DNA of 64,000 bases from Antedon mediterranea (Eukaryota > Animalia > Echinodermata). Shown in pieces: positions 52,901 through 64,000 of this stretch (position 1 is the first letter of the stretch; each line of letters begins with the position of its first letter). A program made the position numbers and the translations under genes. Below the pieces are notes generated by a model. The model was given only the letters and a program-made list of their open reading frames with translations, ran no database searches and was not told the DNA's origin. The stretch is from positions 6,572,001 through 6,636,000 of the forward strand of contig NC_092671.1 in the NCBI RefSeq assembly GCF_964355755.1, written 5' to 3'.

Positions 52901-55900
52901 ACCTGTCTACAAATAGATCTATATTTTGTTATTTTCATTGTATCAATGTGTTTTGTTGGGGACCCCTTTGGAAACAAGCCTTTGAGTTTAAAGGACTATC
53001 CCCTGCTTTCCATTTTTAATTTCTCAAGTTTTATGTATAAATATTCATTCATATATTATGCTGTTTTATAAATTGTACTGTTCTTGGAAAGCAATAAATA
53101 TTACTTACAGGTGTAGTATTACATTTGAGATCCTCTAAAAGAATTACATTTTTTAAGAAGTATTATATTTTATAACTAAAAAATAGTAACATTGTTTATT
53201 CATACTAGCTTTTAAATTCCCAGACAAGAGAAGTCAAAGTTGAATGAATTTGCTCTGTATTCTAAGACGATTAGAAGTCGGGAAAACAATGACTCTATTT
53301 TGCTTTTCAGGAAGTGTTTGGAAACCACAGAGATGGTGATACTGTACTAGAATACTGGCCTCATCTTCATACCTTGGATTTGAGCTTTAACCACATTGAA
53401 ACATTAGGGAAATTAATGGTAAGTTCTTTTGTATATAACGAAACATACAGACTGAAAAATACTGTACCGAATATAAGTTTGATTGCCTTCGACGCTAATT
53501 GCGAACGTTTTCAATTTTGCTGCTTCTTTTTTTCTTTTTTTTAGATTTTTTTGTATGAAATTGTTTGTTTTGATGTTTTTATTTAAAGGTCATTTGTAAA
53601 AAAATCCTTAATCCAGCTTTTTTGGCTGCTACGAATTTTTATTTGCCTCAATGAATTGTTTTTATAATAAAGATACAGGTGCTTTCACTGTATGGTCATT
53701 TACATCGAAACGTTGTAGCGGTTGGCATTGTTTATAAAACCAGCATTTAGCGCACATTTAAGTATACATTTCTGCGGTATGATATAATTGTTGACGATTT
53801 ATATTTTATTCTTGCAGGAATGCTTTCCAAATCTTAGGTCCCTGGATCTTAGTCATAACAATATTGTTTCAGTAGAGCACTATTTGAAAGTACGTATTTT
53901 CACTTAATAATGGTATGGTCAGCAACACTATATGTTTTAATAAAAAACCCTTCCTCAAGCTCCAATACCCCCTCCCCTCCACTGCTCTATGGAAAGATGA
54001 ACTGAGTTTGTTTAAGTACATACAAGCCAGGTGTGTACACTGGACCTCCAACTTATTGTCCTAAAACTACCAAACCTACTGTAAGGTTGAGGAGTGCTTG
54101 AACCTAAGCCTGTATGTTTTGCGGCACACTGCTTTAACGGCCATACTGCGTTGAAACACCGGTTCTCGTCAGATCACCGAAGTTAAGCAACGTTGGGCCC
54201 GGTTGCGTTCTGGATGGGAGACCGTCTAGAAATCGTGGCGGGTGCTGTATATACTGGAGAGTGATGGTGTAATGGTAATATCGGACTAGCATGTGATAGG
54301 CATGGGTTCGAGGTTACCTGTACCATACTAATTGCATCCTTAGGCAAGCTGCTTTACTCTCATTGCCTAACCTGGTAGGCGCTGCACTGCTGGCTGCCGT
54401 GGGTCCGTGGAGGGCCTAATCCGAATTTCCTCACTGAGGACAAATAATAATACAAAATACAAAAAAAAATTAACCGCTTGGCGACTTGGAAGACTTAATA
54501 TACACAGTAAACCATTCATCAGTCACACAAGTATATTTTTCGCTTTCAGTGGCTACCCAAGTTGATGTATCTAAACATGGGTTACAATCGACTGAAGAAC
54601 ATTCCGGAGCTCGGCATACAGGGAAAACGATGTCTGATCTCGTTGGTCGTTCGGAACAATAATCTGGACAATCTGGATGGGGTTGAAGAACTTGATACGT
54701 TGGAAGAACTTGAGGCATCCCATAATTGTATTCACGATAATAAATGGCTTGAGGTTTTTTCCCAGTTAAATCACTTAGCCATGGTAGGTACTTTTAAAGT
54801 TGGTATTCATATATATTATTGTATTGTGGTTTGTAGGAAAACAGTATTATCCCCATTTTTGTCAATATAGTTGAGTTTTTAATTAAAGTAAGCATTATTG
54901 CATTTTAAATCTATTTAAATTATCCTAATAAATGTCTAAATCATAATCATCTGTCTTTAATTATAAAGGATAAGTCAATGATAATAATAAAAATTTTCTA
55001 AACTTTGATATTACTATTGAGACTAGTTTACTAAACATAAACATTTTTTATGACAGAGAATAATCCATTTGACCTTTATTCAATCAACACAATGCTACAA
55101 TTCCTCCGAATTTAAGCTTTTAATTAAATTAGTGTGGCACCTTGACATGATGACTCTAAACTGTTGGAAGAGGAAAGGCACATTCGATCTCACCAAAGTG
55201 ACAACAGACATCAGAGTAATTTCATGCTGTAGTCCACTCTAAAGCTCTGTCTACACTATCAAACTTTATGTGACAAACAAAATGTGATGTGCCCATATAT
55301 AGACATGATGATGCCATATTTGGGTACATCACTACCATATTTGAGCACATCACACTTTTTTTGTCAAACTAATTTGATAGTGTAAACAGACCTTTATAAA
55401 AAAAATGGTAGTGATTTTATTGAAAGCTCTCTCTACACTCTAAGATCATGCAATAAGCAACTATACAGCTGAAGCTAACCCATATCCAGAGCAAACTGCA
55501 CTTGGGTGGGTCTCAAGGTGTCCCCTTAATAGAGAATCTCTACTGTATTTCTTTTAGACTTATTATTTTCCTTATTGTATGCTTCCTAATATAGGTGAAC
55601 TTAAAAGGAAATCCATTCAGTTATGAGGCGCAATTCAGAGCAAATGTAATTGGAAGCATGTCAGCAAAGGCGGTAAAACGATGTGTAAGTTTCCTCACAA
55701 TCTTGTCGTGAGTTTCATCACAATAATAATATGTTTTGCTCAACTTATTATAATTTGTGGAGTTGAATTTTATTGATAGATGCTCATAATTCATTGCAGT
55801 ATTCACTGCTTTCTTGATGGACTCAAATTTTATAAATTTAGCTAATTAAGAGCAAGCTTACGTGGTCTGGAGGTGAGGTGTTGGAGTCTCACCTGACAAC

Positions 55901-58900
55901 ATCTTGTAAATTGTGTAAACTTTCTTAAATTATTTCCTCCGTGCTAAATAAATTTACTTTATGAAATGTATATTATCTAAAGATCTATAGATATTAATAT
56001 CAAAGAGTTTCCTCAAGAGCTATTAATTAAAACCTCATATAGAAAGTAAAATTAAAACTAATTGTAAATAATTTAATACTGTATTTGGCCATCAGTTTCT
56101 ATTGGATTTTAAATATTATAGTGATTGGTGGTATTATAATATTTATACTTAGCTTGAATTTAACCCCTAGCCATCAGCGCAAGCCCCTTGGTCTTGAGGT
56201 ATGAAAGCCAGGCTAGTGATCTAGAGGTCATGGGTTCGAGTCCCACCCGAGAATTACTTGCATATTGAAAGTGTTCTCAATGTACTTAGTATGAAGTACA
56301 AATTACATCAGAGTAAGACAAACATCTGACCAAGTACTCAACACCCTGATGCAAAGCTACTCCTCAGTAGTTGCAAACAATTACAATCCTATACAATAAG
56401 TACTCAACACCCTGATGCAAAGCTACTCCTCAGTAGTTGCAAACAATTACAATCCTATACAATAAGTACTCAACACCCTGATGCAAAGCTACTCCTCAGT
56501 AGTTGCAAACAATTACAATCCTATACAATAAGTACTCAACACCCTGATGCAAAGCTACTCCTCAGTAGTTACAAACAATTACAATCCTATACAATAGAAT
56601 TAACATAAGTTATATTATTTAATCCTTTTATTGCATAAAGCCAACAATAGTAAAGATCACATAAATAAAATAAGAAGAAAGGCAGAACACTCAACAGAAA
56701 AGAATAATTAAGTTTCACAATATAGTATTCAAGAAAAAAAAAATATATATATACTATACTGGCTGTTTTACTTTATTGTTTTAATTTCGCTTTTTTTTTT
56801 TTGTCTCCATTGAGATCCAGCCACTGATACCCACAGCATTGTCATTTTGTATCTCCATTGAGATCCAGCCACTGATACCCACAGCATTGTCATTTTGTAT
56901 CTCCATTGAGATCCAGCCACTGATACCCACAGCATTGTCATTTTGTATCCATTGAGATCCAGCCACTGATACCCACAGCATTGTCATTTTGTATCTCCAT
57001 TGAGATCCAGCCACTGATACCCACAGCATTGTCATTTTGTATCTCCATTGAGATCCAGCCACTGATACCCACAGCATTGTCATTTTGTATCCATTGAGAT
57101 CCAGCCACTGATACCCACAGCATTGTCATTTTGTATCTCCATTGAGATCCAGCCACTGATACCCACAGCATTGTCATTTTGTATCTCCATTGAGATCCAG
57201 CCACTGATACCCACAGCATTGTCATTTTGTATCTCCATTGAGATCCAGCCACTGATACCCACAGCATTGTCATTTATATTTTCAGTAATTTGCCTATGGA
57301 TTTATACTACTGTATACAAACTAGTTATCTAATAATAATATGATTGTAAATTAATACAATTAAGCTTTTTTCTATTTATATTTTTCAGCCTATAATTGAT
57401 GAAACACCAGTCAGCAAGGAGGAAAAGATGGTAGGTTGGATATTTACCAACTAGTAAACAAAGTTTATTTTAACTTTATAAAGTTTTTGAAATTAATCTA
57501 AGTTAGTAAATCAGTTAAATTAATTAATAAAGCCAATATATTCAATTTAAACTTACCTGAATTATAAGAATTTTAAATATATACTTTACATACTATTATT
57601 TTTAGCTTGTGAAAAAGAAAGTCGGAAAACGTCTTCTACAAAAATATCGTCACTCTGCCGATTTTCTAGAAAGTTCTTACAGTCCGTCTCTGACAGATGT
57701 GAATGCTTCAATCAATGACAGTCCTAAATTTGTAAATAAAAAGACTGAAAACAAGTTGAAGAAACCAAAAAAGGTTCGAACTCCTACCATTAGCAATAGT
57801 CACACAAAACGACCAACAAACAAAGGTAATGTACTATTTATACACTATAATACCCTTTTCACACCTGCAAAAAGTAACGAGTTGTATGTAGGTTTGCATA
57901 GTGTGAAGACAATTTGGAGGAAAATCTCACGAAATTTCACCAATGAGAGGCCTGTTTTTTTTTTTTCGAGATGTCCTGAGTTGTTACTGAGCTTGCGTGT
58001 ATTGCACAGGTATTAAACTGACCAATCATAGTAATGAAATAACATGCAACTATGCTTTCTCCCAAGATTTCTCACAGTTAACGTACTATATGTTTTAATG
58101 AAAACGTATTATAAATCGGAAGATCAAACCTGGTTACAATTTGTACCAATTTATGCAGATGTGAAAAGGGTATAAGTTACTATTACCATGGAGGTAATTT
58201 TTTATACCTCCATGCTATTACATTAATACGAAACAGACATCAAACTTTTTATATTGAATTTTGAAAAGTAATAATACTAATATAGCAAGAGGTTATGTCA
58301 ACATTTTTCCCATCCATGTTACAGTTGTACCAAAATTATTTATAATTGATGTATATAATAAGGAAGATTAACTGTCTAATAGTTTTTGCCCTACTTTCTA
58401 AATATATATTATTTTTAATATTATTAGATAAACTTATACACGAAGCAACAGCATCGGAGTACCGATCAGAGTTAGACAGAATGCGTCAACATCATGGCCC
58501 TGATTGGCTAAATGCTGTCAACATAAAAACAGATGAATCTTCAACAGATGATGGAATATCAAATAAAAAGACTACGAAAGATAAAAATGCTGCGAAAGAT
58601 AAGAAGACCCAAAATGGAAATGATGTACCAGATGGACCAAGCAAGCTACCTTCACTCCAGATGCAAAAAGAACGAATATTATCAGTAGACGAAGGTATAG
58701 TTTATTTGTTATGACTTGCTTAAACAAATAGATTATCTACTGTCGTAGTTTAGATTACCGATTGTTTAATCTAATATCTGCCTTTTCTTTATTGCAGGTG
58801 ATGATATCTGTGGTCCACTTCTTGTACGAATTGAAGATCGCACCACTGGTAGTCTAAAACATGTTTTTCTGACAGTTCGAGAAGTATTCATCCAAGAAAA

Positions 58901-61900
58901 AGACTTGGATGGAGAAGTAATAGATAAACTTGATCTTAGAGCATTGAAAAGGTAAGTCAACACCATGTCAAAGTTAACTTGGATTCATAATTAGTTCAAC
59001 CGTAACATTGTTGAGTCGAGTAGCCGAGTTGTTATGAAAGTGGCACCATAACATAGCCGTAAAATCAGCTTTTATTGACCATACTTCTGCTGGTAGAACT
59101 AGTCTTTTTGGATAAGGAGGTCCAGTTTTACACGTCTGGCTTATGTGCACTTTAAGGAATCCAGTGCATCTTTTAGAAGAGATAAAAGAGATTACTTCAG
59201 AATCCTGATCCAACTCTCACTCTATCATTGTGGACAGGCAAGTGAGCCCTGATTTTTGGCTGCTAAAAGGCACGAAGGCACCCTTAGGGAGATGAAAGTA
59301 GCTTTTTGGGTTACATCTGTTCCATTGAGCTTTGAGAAAGTTTTCACTGTAGAAAGTATGTTAAAAGAACAAAACCATACAATTTAAGTAATAATGACTT
59401 AATAAAGTGTTAAAGTAGTCAATCAGAAATTTCAATTGCTCATTAAAAAATTTCTATAGTACTTTGAATCAATTAAAAATAACTCTTGTTGTTACAGTAT
59501 TTCAAGAGGAAATGAAACCGTACTAGATGAGGAGTCTGGCAGACAATTGATAATTCCATCAGTCCACTTAGCATTTGATTACACAAGGAAAGACAGACAA
59601 AGACGTGACTACCTTATGGATGATGTTAATGATAGTAAGGTAATAGAGCAGGTTTATAACTACCGATTATTTTAATGATGTTTTTCATAGGCAACTACTA
59701 AAATCTGAAAGTATACACATTGGCTTAAAAGGCTGCAAAGATTTCATGTTAAATAAATCAGTATAAACATGTTTCTAGCACAGTAAAACCTCTATTAAGG
59801 GGACAGCTTTAGAACCCCAACAAATTCATTCTAAAATAAGGTGTCCCCTGTTGATTGGCCATATGAACTGATTTACTTGATACTTGCTTGATGGGGCGAT
59901 TGATAAGCTAAATAGCTTATATGACCCTTCCTTTCTCTCAAACCAAACTATAAATACTAATAACTTCAATCGTTTTTTCTAAAGAACATATTATTTTATC
60001 ATCACACAAGTTTTTTATATATTATTATTTAAATATTGTGTTTATATAATATTGACATTTTATTTTGACTATGGCTATTTATTAGATTTTACTGGATGCA
60101 TTAGAACCTATGCTAGAGCAGAACCAGATGAGTGTGATCATTAGGAATCGAATGCAGTGCCTAAAGTGTTCTTTAGAGTTTAATAAAGGTGATGCTGATA
60201 AAGCAGTACAGAAGAAAAGGAAAGACAAGTCACTACTTTCTAATGGTTAGTGATTTAATAGTAATCATTAAAAGCTTGTGCATATTTACCAGCTTCCTAG
60301 ATCTCTTAGGTCAAGTGGTCATGGACTCCAAAGATTTGGACATTTACCTCTAGGCGGAGCACTTATGATTTCACAGCTCCAATACTGTGGACATCCCTAC
60401 CAATTTCAATTTGACAGTGTGCTACTTAGAACTCTAAGACCGAGCTAAAGACTTCTTTTTCAACAAGCTTTTTCAATTATTTAATTACAATTTTCTGTTT
60501 TACTCCAGTATATGTACAGCACATTGAGAGCCTGCTTATTTTCACTATAAAGCTCTGTTTAATTTAATCAATCCAGTTCCCAAATATGGTAGTGATATGA
60601 CATCATCATGTCCATATAATGGGCACATCACATATTTTTGACACATAATGTTTGATAGTGTAGACAGAGCTTTAACATAACTATTAGTTTTCATATTATT
60701 CTCATTTTGTATTTCTTTTCACAGATATTGACTCCATCATTGAGGTTTTTGTATGCCCAACATGTAAAAGTGACCTATTAGTTGAGATGGACACGATGCA
60801 ATGGGAAGATCAAAGGCTTCCGGTGTCAGCTAGCAGCACTCCATTCGGATCAATTACATCTATCAATAGCGCCCTCCCGTTGGCAGCATCTTCCCCATGG
60901 AAACAACCTGGGTACGTCATTTGTATTTGTTTATTTTTTTTTCAGACTTGTGTTAGTCCGATTACCATCAAGTCACATATCGATCAAATGTGAAAGTCCT
61001 TTGTATTGAGTACAACATTTAACTCTCAAATGCCACCTTTTTGTACAGTTCAATTTGTCTGATTTTTCAAATGTTTTGTAAAATTTGAGACAGAACAAAT
61101 AACCTTTTCTGATATTTTATATACTATTTTTGTTTGTTTGTTTTGGTAATATTATGTTGGGAATTTTAAACTTTAATATAAATTAGGTGCTTTAACATTT
61201 ATTTTGTTGATGTAATTAGTATTGTATTTATTTGTACTTATGATGTTTCCTCATTCATTTGCATAGTCCATCTATATTCTGCATTTATTATTGTTTTCCT
61301 CCACTATGTGACATTAAATTTGCTACCATGGAAACTTTATCATCAATGTTAATAATAGATACTAAGAACCACTTATAAAAAATAAGTCATACTCAAACTT
61401 TATCGCTTGTCATCCCACAATGCAATGAATGAATTCATTTCATTTTGAATCCATTCATTTTCACAGATCCTCCGATCATCCATTTGTTCGTTCATTGGAC
61501 AGTGCATCTACCGACTTCCACACACCAGATAGCTCACCCGTTTCCAGCTTTATCCCAAATAACCGATCTTCTTCCTCTACTGTTACGCAAACGCACGTTA
61601 ACTCGCAATCAAACAAAACTAGCAGCATGAATCATAACGACGAAGTGTTGCTGGAAAAGGAATGTGCTCCTCTTGAACGTCAGCTAAAAGAAGAGATAAT
61701 TGATCACGTGCCGAACCTTCCGATTCAAGACATTCCTGAATATCCACATGAAAAGATCGAAGAACTCATAGAAAACAATAAGAAAGAAAAATTCCATAGT
61801 CATTATTCTTTAGTGCCGTCAAACATTTTAGGATCTAACACAAGCAGTCGGCAGAGTTCTAGAAGTAATTCTGTTAATGAAACTCCACCAGTTGTTTATC

Positions 61901-63656
61901 AGATACCACGTACTAATTCAGTTTTGCAAAACAGTCGTGTAAAACATTCTTTATTTGGAAAAGATGACGCAAATAGTGGACGAAATAGTATAGATAGTGA
62001 TATAATGGTATTACATCAAAACGGAAATGCAGTAGAAATAGACAATGGTTTACCAATAGATTTGGCAAGTAGTTCCGGGCTAGTAAAAGCTTTGAACAGT
62101 GGTTCAGAAAACCATTCTGACGATTTGGAAGCAAGTACGTCGTCGGGCAACACTCCGTACGGTTCGTTACTTGAAAGTTTTTCAAGCAGTAGACCGTTTA
62201 TATCAGATTCAGAAAATGGGGACACCAAAGTTGTTCGTCCAAGTGGTGCTACCATTAGCTCAACGTGCAATAATAACTTAGGAACTTATTCGCTTGAAGC
62301 AACACCCTTCGGTACCCCATCCAGCATCAATCCGTCCACTCATGAATTGGGTGGTTTATCTGACTACCTCAGTGGAACAGAATCACAGATAAACAATGGT
62401 TATTCAACTGCTAATTCTGATCATATATCTGATCCGGATGATCAGTCTGGTTTATCCGTAGCATCCAAAAAGCTGGAAGATGATGAGGAAGAAAGTGCCA
62501 TAGCTGTTGATGAAAATGATCATAGCTTCACTACTATCGACCATCGACTAAAGCTTTACTTTTCAATGAGTTTATTTGGTGATGTTGAGGAATTCGCTTG
62601 TATGTTAAAGGTAAGTTTTTTAGACTCTACCAAGTTTTTCAAAACATCTCTTAAGCTCTGTCTACACCATCAAACTAGCTTGTCGAGAGTGAGTTTTAAG
62701 TAGTAGGTCATTTTATGTGTGTTATATGAGTTGTGATTATCCATTTATTTTATAAATATATTGATTGCAAAAAAGATTGTTTTAAATTTGAGAAAAAAAG
62801 TGTGATGTGCCCAAATATTGTAGTGATATGATGTCATTTTGTCCATGGGCACATCGCATTTTTTATCACATAAAGTTTGATAGTGTAGATAGAGCTTTAG
62901 ATATCTTATAACATGCCTTTGTCTCATTCTTTCAAGGTGCATCTGTCATTCAGACAGACTATCTTCTTGTAGATTCCCCATAAGCTCTGTCTACACTATC
63001 AAACTTTATGATGTCATATCACTAACATATTTGGGAATATCACTACCATATTTGGGCACATCACACTTTTTTGTCAAACTAGTTTGATAGTGTAGAGTTC
63101 TTAAAACCAGATTCCCTCTTGAGTCTGGTACAAGATGTTCAGCTCTGCAAAACTGTTTAGACTTTCAAATGTGTAGTATGGCTTAGATTTTTCATTTGTT
63201 AATAACAAAATTGTCATTGTTATTAACAAAGTACACTGCATTACTCTACAGGGTCCAATATTTCAACACAACAAGTTGATAGAATTTGCTGGTCTGTTGG
63301 TAGTTTCAACAAGTACTATTTTCATCATGAAGATTACCAAAAAAGAAAGGTAAGACATTACAAAGATTATGGGTAATACGATAAATTAAACTTAAAAGTT
63401 ATATACAACAAGCTGGGTAGAAGTTTAATTCAACACAACTGTTTATTTTTAATTTTGAAGTTTACTTAATGTTTCAGTGACAATCCTTCTGATTGGCTGT
63501 TCAAGAAATCTCAGCATCCAATTAAAGACCTTCGTCATCTTCACGTTGGTCTTGGAAGTCAGTGCCTTCAGTTGGAGTTTAACACTGAGGTTTCAGTTTA
63601 CACAGTGCAAATCAAAGATAGAATACGCTGTGAGCAATTTGTACACTGTTTGCTAG
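49961..63656 (+). CDS. STK11IP: Serine/threonine-protein kinase 11-interacting protein (LIP1)-like LRR protein, multi-exon, 3' partial
   Basis: Exons: 49961-50054, 50789-50979, 52159-52326, 53311-53418, 53818-53889, 54550-54783, 55595-55684, 57389-57430, 57606-57825, 58428-58694, 58798-58951, 59498-59639, 60086-60245, 60725-60911, 61467-62610, 63252-63349, 63478-63656. LRRs (LHTLDLSFNHI, LRSLDLSHNNI, LMYLNMGYNRL, LVVRNNNL, LEASHNCI, LKGNPF), LEIKKVPVHLLSGLKGLRHQLKVLSC, QCLKCSLEF...CPTCKSD and DHRLKLYF..LF...EEFACMLK match my recollection of STK11IP. Confidence 0.85.
50113..50500 (-). mobile_element. CR1/L2-group LINE 3' fragment
   Basis: Minus strand FPRLWEELPEMIKNS..LDSF (ORF2 C-terminal LWN.LP motif), then 3' UTR and (AAT)n tail. 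Confidence 0.6.
52340..52480. mobile_element. Harbinger-type MITE family 1
   Basis: TTA|AGCTCTGTCTACACTATCAAACT...AAGTTTGATAGTG. Confidence 0.7.
54137..54250 (+). pseudogene. 5S rRNA-derived sequence (head of the SINE)
   Basis: ACGGCCATACTGCGTTGAAACACCGGTTCTCGTCAGATCACCGAAGTTAAGCAACGTTGGGCCCGGTT...TGGATGGGAGACC...GGGTGCTGTA closely follows metazoan 5S rRNA; 3' half diverged; no oligo-T terminator. Confidence 0.85.
54137..54469 (+). mobile_element. Chimeric 5S rRNA + tRNA-derived SINE (SINE3/AmnSINE1-like architecture)
   Basis: 5S-like head 54137-54250; tRNA-like A box TGGTGTAATGG (54265) and B box GGTTCGA (54305); SINE-body-like CCTTAGGCAAGCTGCTTTAC; A-rich tail; TTAAC repeated at 54134-54138 and 54470-54474. 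Confidence 0.8.
55243..55393. mobile_element. Harbinger-type MITE family 1, opposite orientation to the 15714 copy
   Basis: AGCTCTGTCTACACTATCAAACTTTATGTGAC...TTTGATAGTGTAAACAGACCT. Confidence 0.8.
56183..56331 (+). mobile_element. tRNA-derived SINE head and body
   Basis: TGGTCTTGAGG (A-box-like) and GGGTTCGAGTCCC (B box, 56232-56244); no convincing acceptor stem. Confidence 0.55.
56332..56595. repeat. Tandem repeat, 66 bp x 4
   Basis: AAGTACTCAACACCCTGATGCAAAGCTACTCCTCAGTAGTTGCAAACAATTACAATCCTATACAAT starting at 56332, 56398, 56464, 56530. Confidence 0.95.
56805..57275. repeat. Minisatellite, 48 bp x ~10
   Basis: CTCCATTGAGATCCAGCCACTGATACCCACAGCATTGTCATTTTGTAT; two units carry a 2-bp deletion. 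Confidence 0.95.
59013..59300 (+). mobile_element. Degenerate tRNA/Deu-like SINE
   Basis: TAGCCGAGTTG A-box-like head; GATAAGGAGGTCCAG...GTGCACTTTAAGGAATCCAGTGCATCTTTTAGAAGAG body. Confidence 0.5.
60295..60549 (+). mobile_element. Degenerate L2-type LINE 3' fragment
   Basis: Decayed ORF2-end pattern (LRSS...TAPILWTSLP...ELKT) followed by TGTACAGCACATTGAG tail. Confidence 0.45.
60550..60671. mobile_element. Harbinger-type MITE family 1, partial
   Basis: CCAAATATGGTAGTGATATGACATCATC...TTTGATAGTGTAGACAGAGCT. Confidence 0.65.
62654..62896. mobile_element. Harbinger-type MITE family 1 with an internal insertion
   Basis: Both TIRs present, TTA TSD at 62651-62653 and 62897-62899; ~100 bp extra AT-rich sequence inside. 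Confidence 0.75.
62982..63098. mobile_element. Harbinger-type MITE family 1
   Basis: AGCTCTGTCTACACTATCAAACT...AGTTTGATAGTGTAGA. Confidence 0.75.
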
Positions 63657-63709
63657 GTTAGTATTATGTTCTTTTATATCAACTCGAAATATGTGCCACT
63701 TTTATAGCC

Positions 63710-64000
63710 CATATACCAACTTGCTAGCCACACATCTCACTTTACTAGACCATATGCACACTTGCTAGTCACACATCCCACTTTACTAGACCATATGCCA
63801 ATTTTCCAGACCATATGCACACTTGCTAGCCACACATCCCACTTTACTATACCATATGCCAATTTGCCAGACCATATGCACACTTGCTAGTCACACATCC
63901 CACTTTACTAGACCATATGCCAATTTGCCAGACCATATGCACACTTGCTAGTCACACATCCCACTTTACTAGACCATATGCCAATTTTCCAGACCATATG
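63710..64000. repeat. Minisatellite, ~61 bp unit, truncated by the window end
   Basis: CCATATGCACACTTGCTAGTCACACATCCCACTTTACTAGACCATATGCCAATTT(T/G)CCAGA repeated 4-5 times. Confidence 0.9.

Larger units (their letters stand above)
53950..54486 (-). mobile_element. tRNA-derived, Deu-domain-like SINE (host of the 5S SINE)
   Basis: With the insert removed, the minus strand reads GTCGCCAAGCGGTTAAAGCAGTG...AGGTTCAAGC (A/B boxes), then GGAGGTCCAGTGTACACACCTGGC; related bodies at ~19255-19335 and ~59013-59300. Confidence 0.6.

Noticed and set aside
54137-54250. Functional 5S rRNA gene
   Set aside because: Single copy, diverged 3' half, no oligo-T terminator, and continuous with tRNA-like, body and A-tail sequence plus a TSD.
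56183-56255. tRNA gene
   Set aside because: A/B boxes are present but I cannot fold a proper cloverleaf with an acceptor stem; a SINE head fits better.
56332-57275. Regular repeats resembling a CRISPR array, and repetitive minus-strand ORFs (MTMLWVSVAGSQWRYK)n
   Set aside because: Units are head-to-tail with no unique spacers, the context is a eukaryotic intron, and the ORFs are a by-product of a 48-bp unit.

Overview
AT-rich, intron-rich animal genomic DNA, probably an invertebrate deuterostome (inferred from Deu-domain-like SINEs and gene structure). There are two + strand genes. (1) A nearly complete, unsplit KMT2C/D (MLL3/4, Trr-type) H3K4 methyltransferase: 47 predicted coding exons from 2300 to the stop at 40810, about 4,980 codons, with the start codon not found. 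It encodes an AT-hook, PHD clusters, HMG box, Q/P-rich region, ePHD, FYRN/FYRC, WIN, SET and post-SET. (2) An STK11IP (LIP1)-like LRR gene from ATG 49961 running off the 3' end. Introns and intergenic DNA hold many non-autonomous transposons with readable TIRs/TSDs (two Harbinger-type MITE families, CMC/EnSpm, Mutator-like, pogo-like, hAT-like, two foldbacks), LINE fragments, SINEs and three minisatellites. Most notable: a chimeric 5S rRNA + tRNA SINE nested inside another SINE, a 3.35 kb octamer-motif-rich foldback, a near-perfect duplicated splice acceptor inside KMT2C, a ~29-copy 9-aa Ser-Pro repeat in KMT2C, and a large inverted repeat upstream of STK11IP. All calls were made by eye, without database searches.
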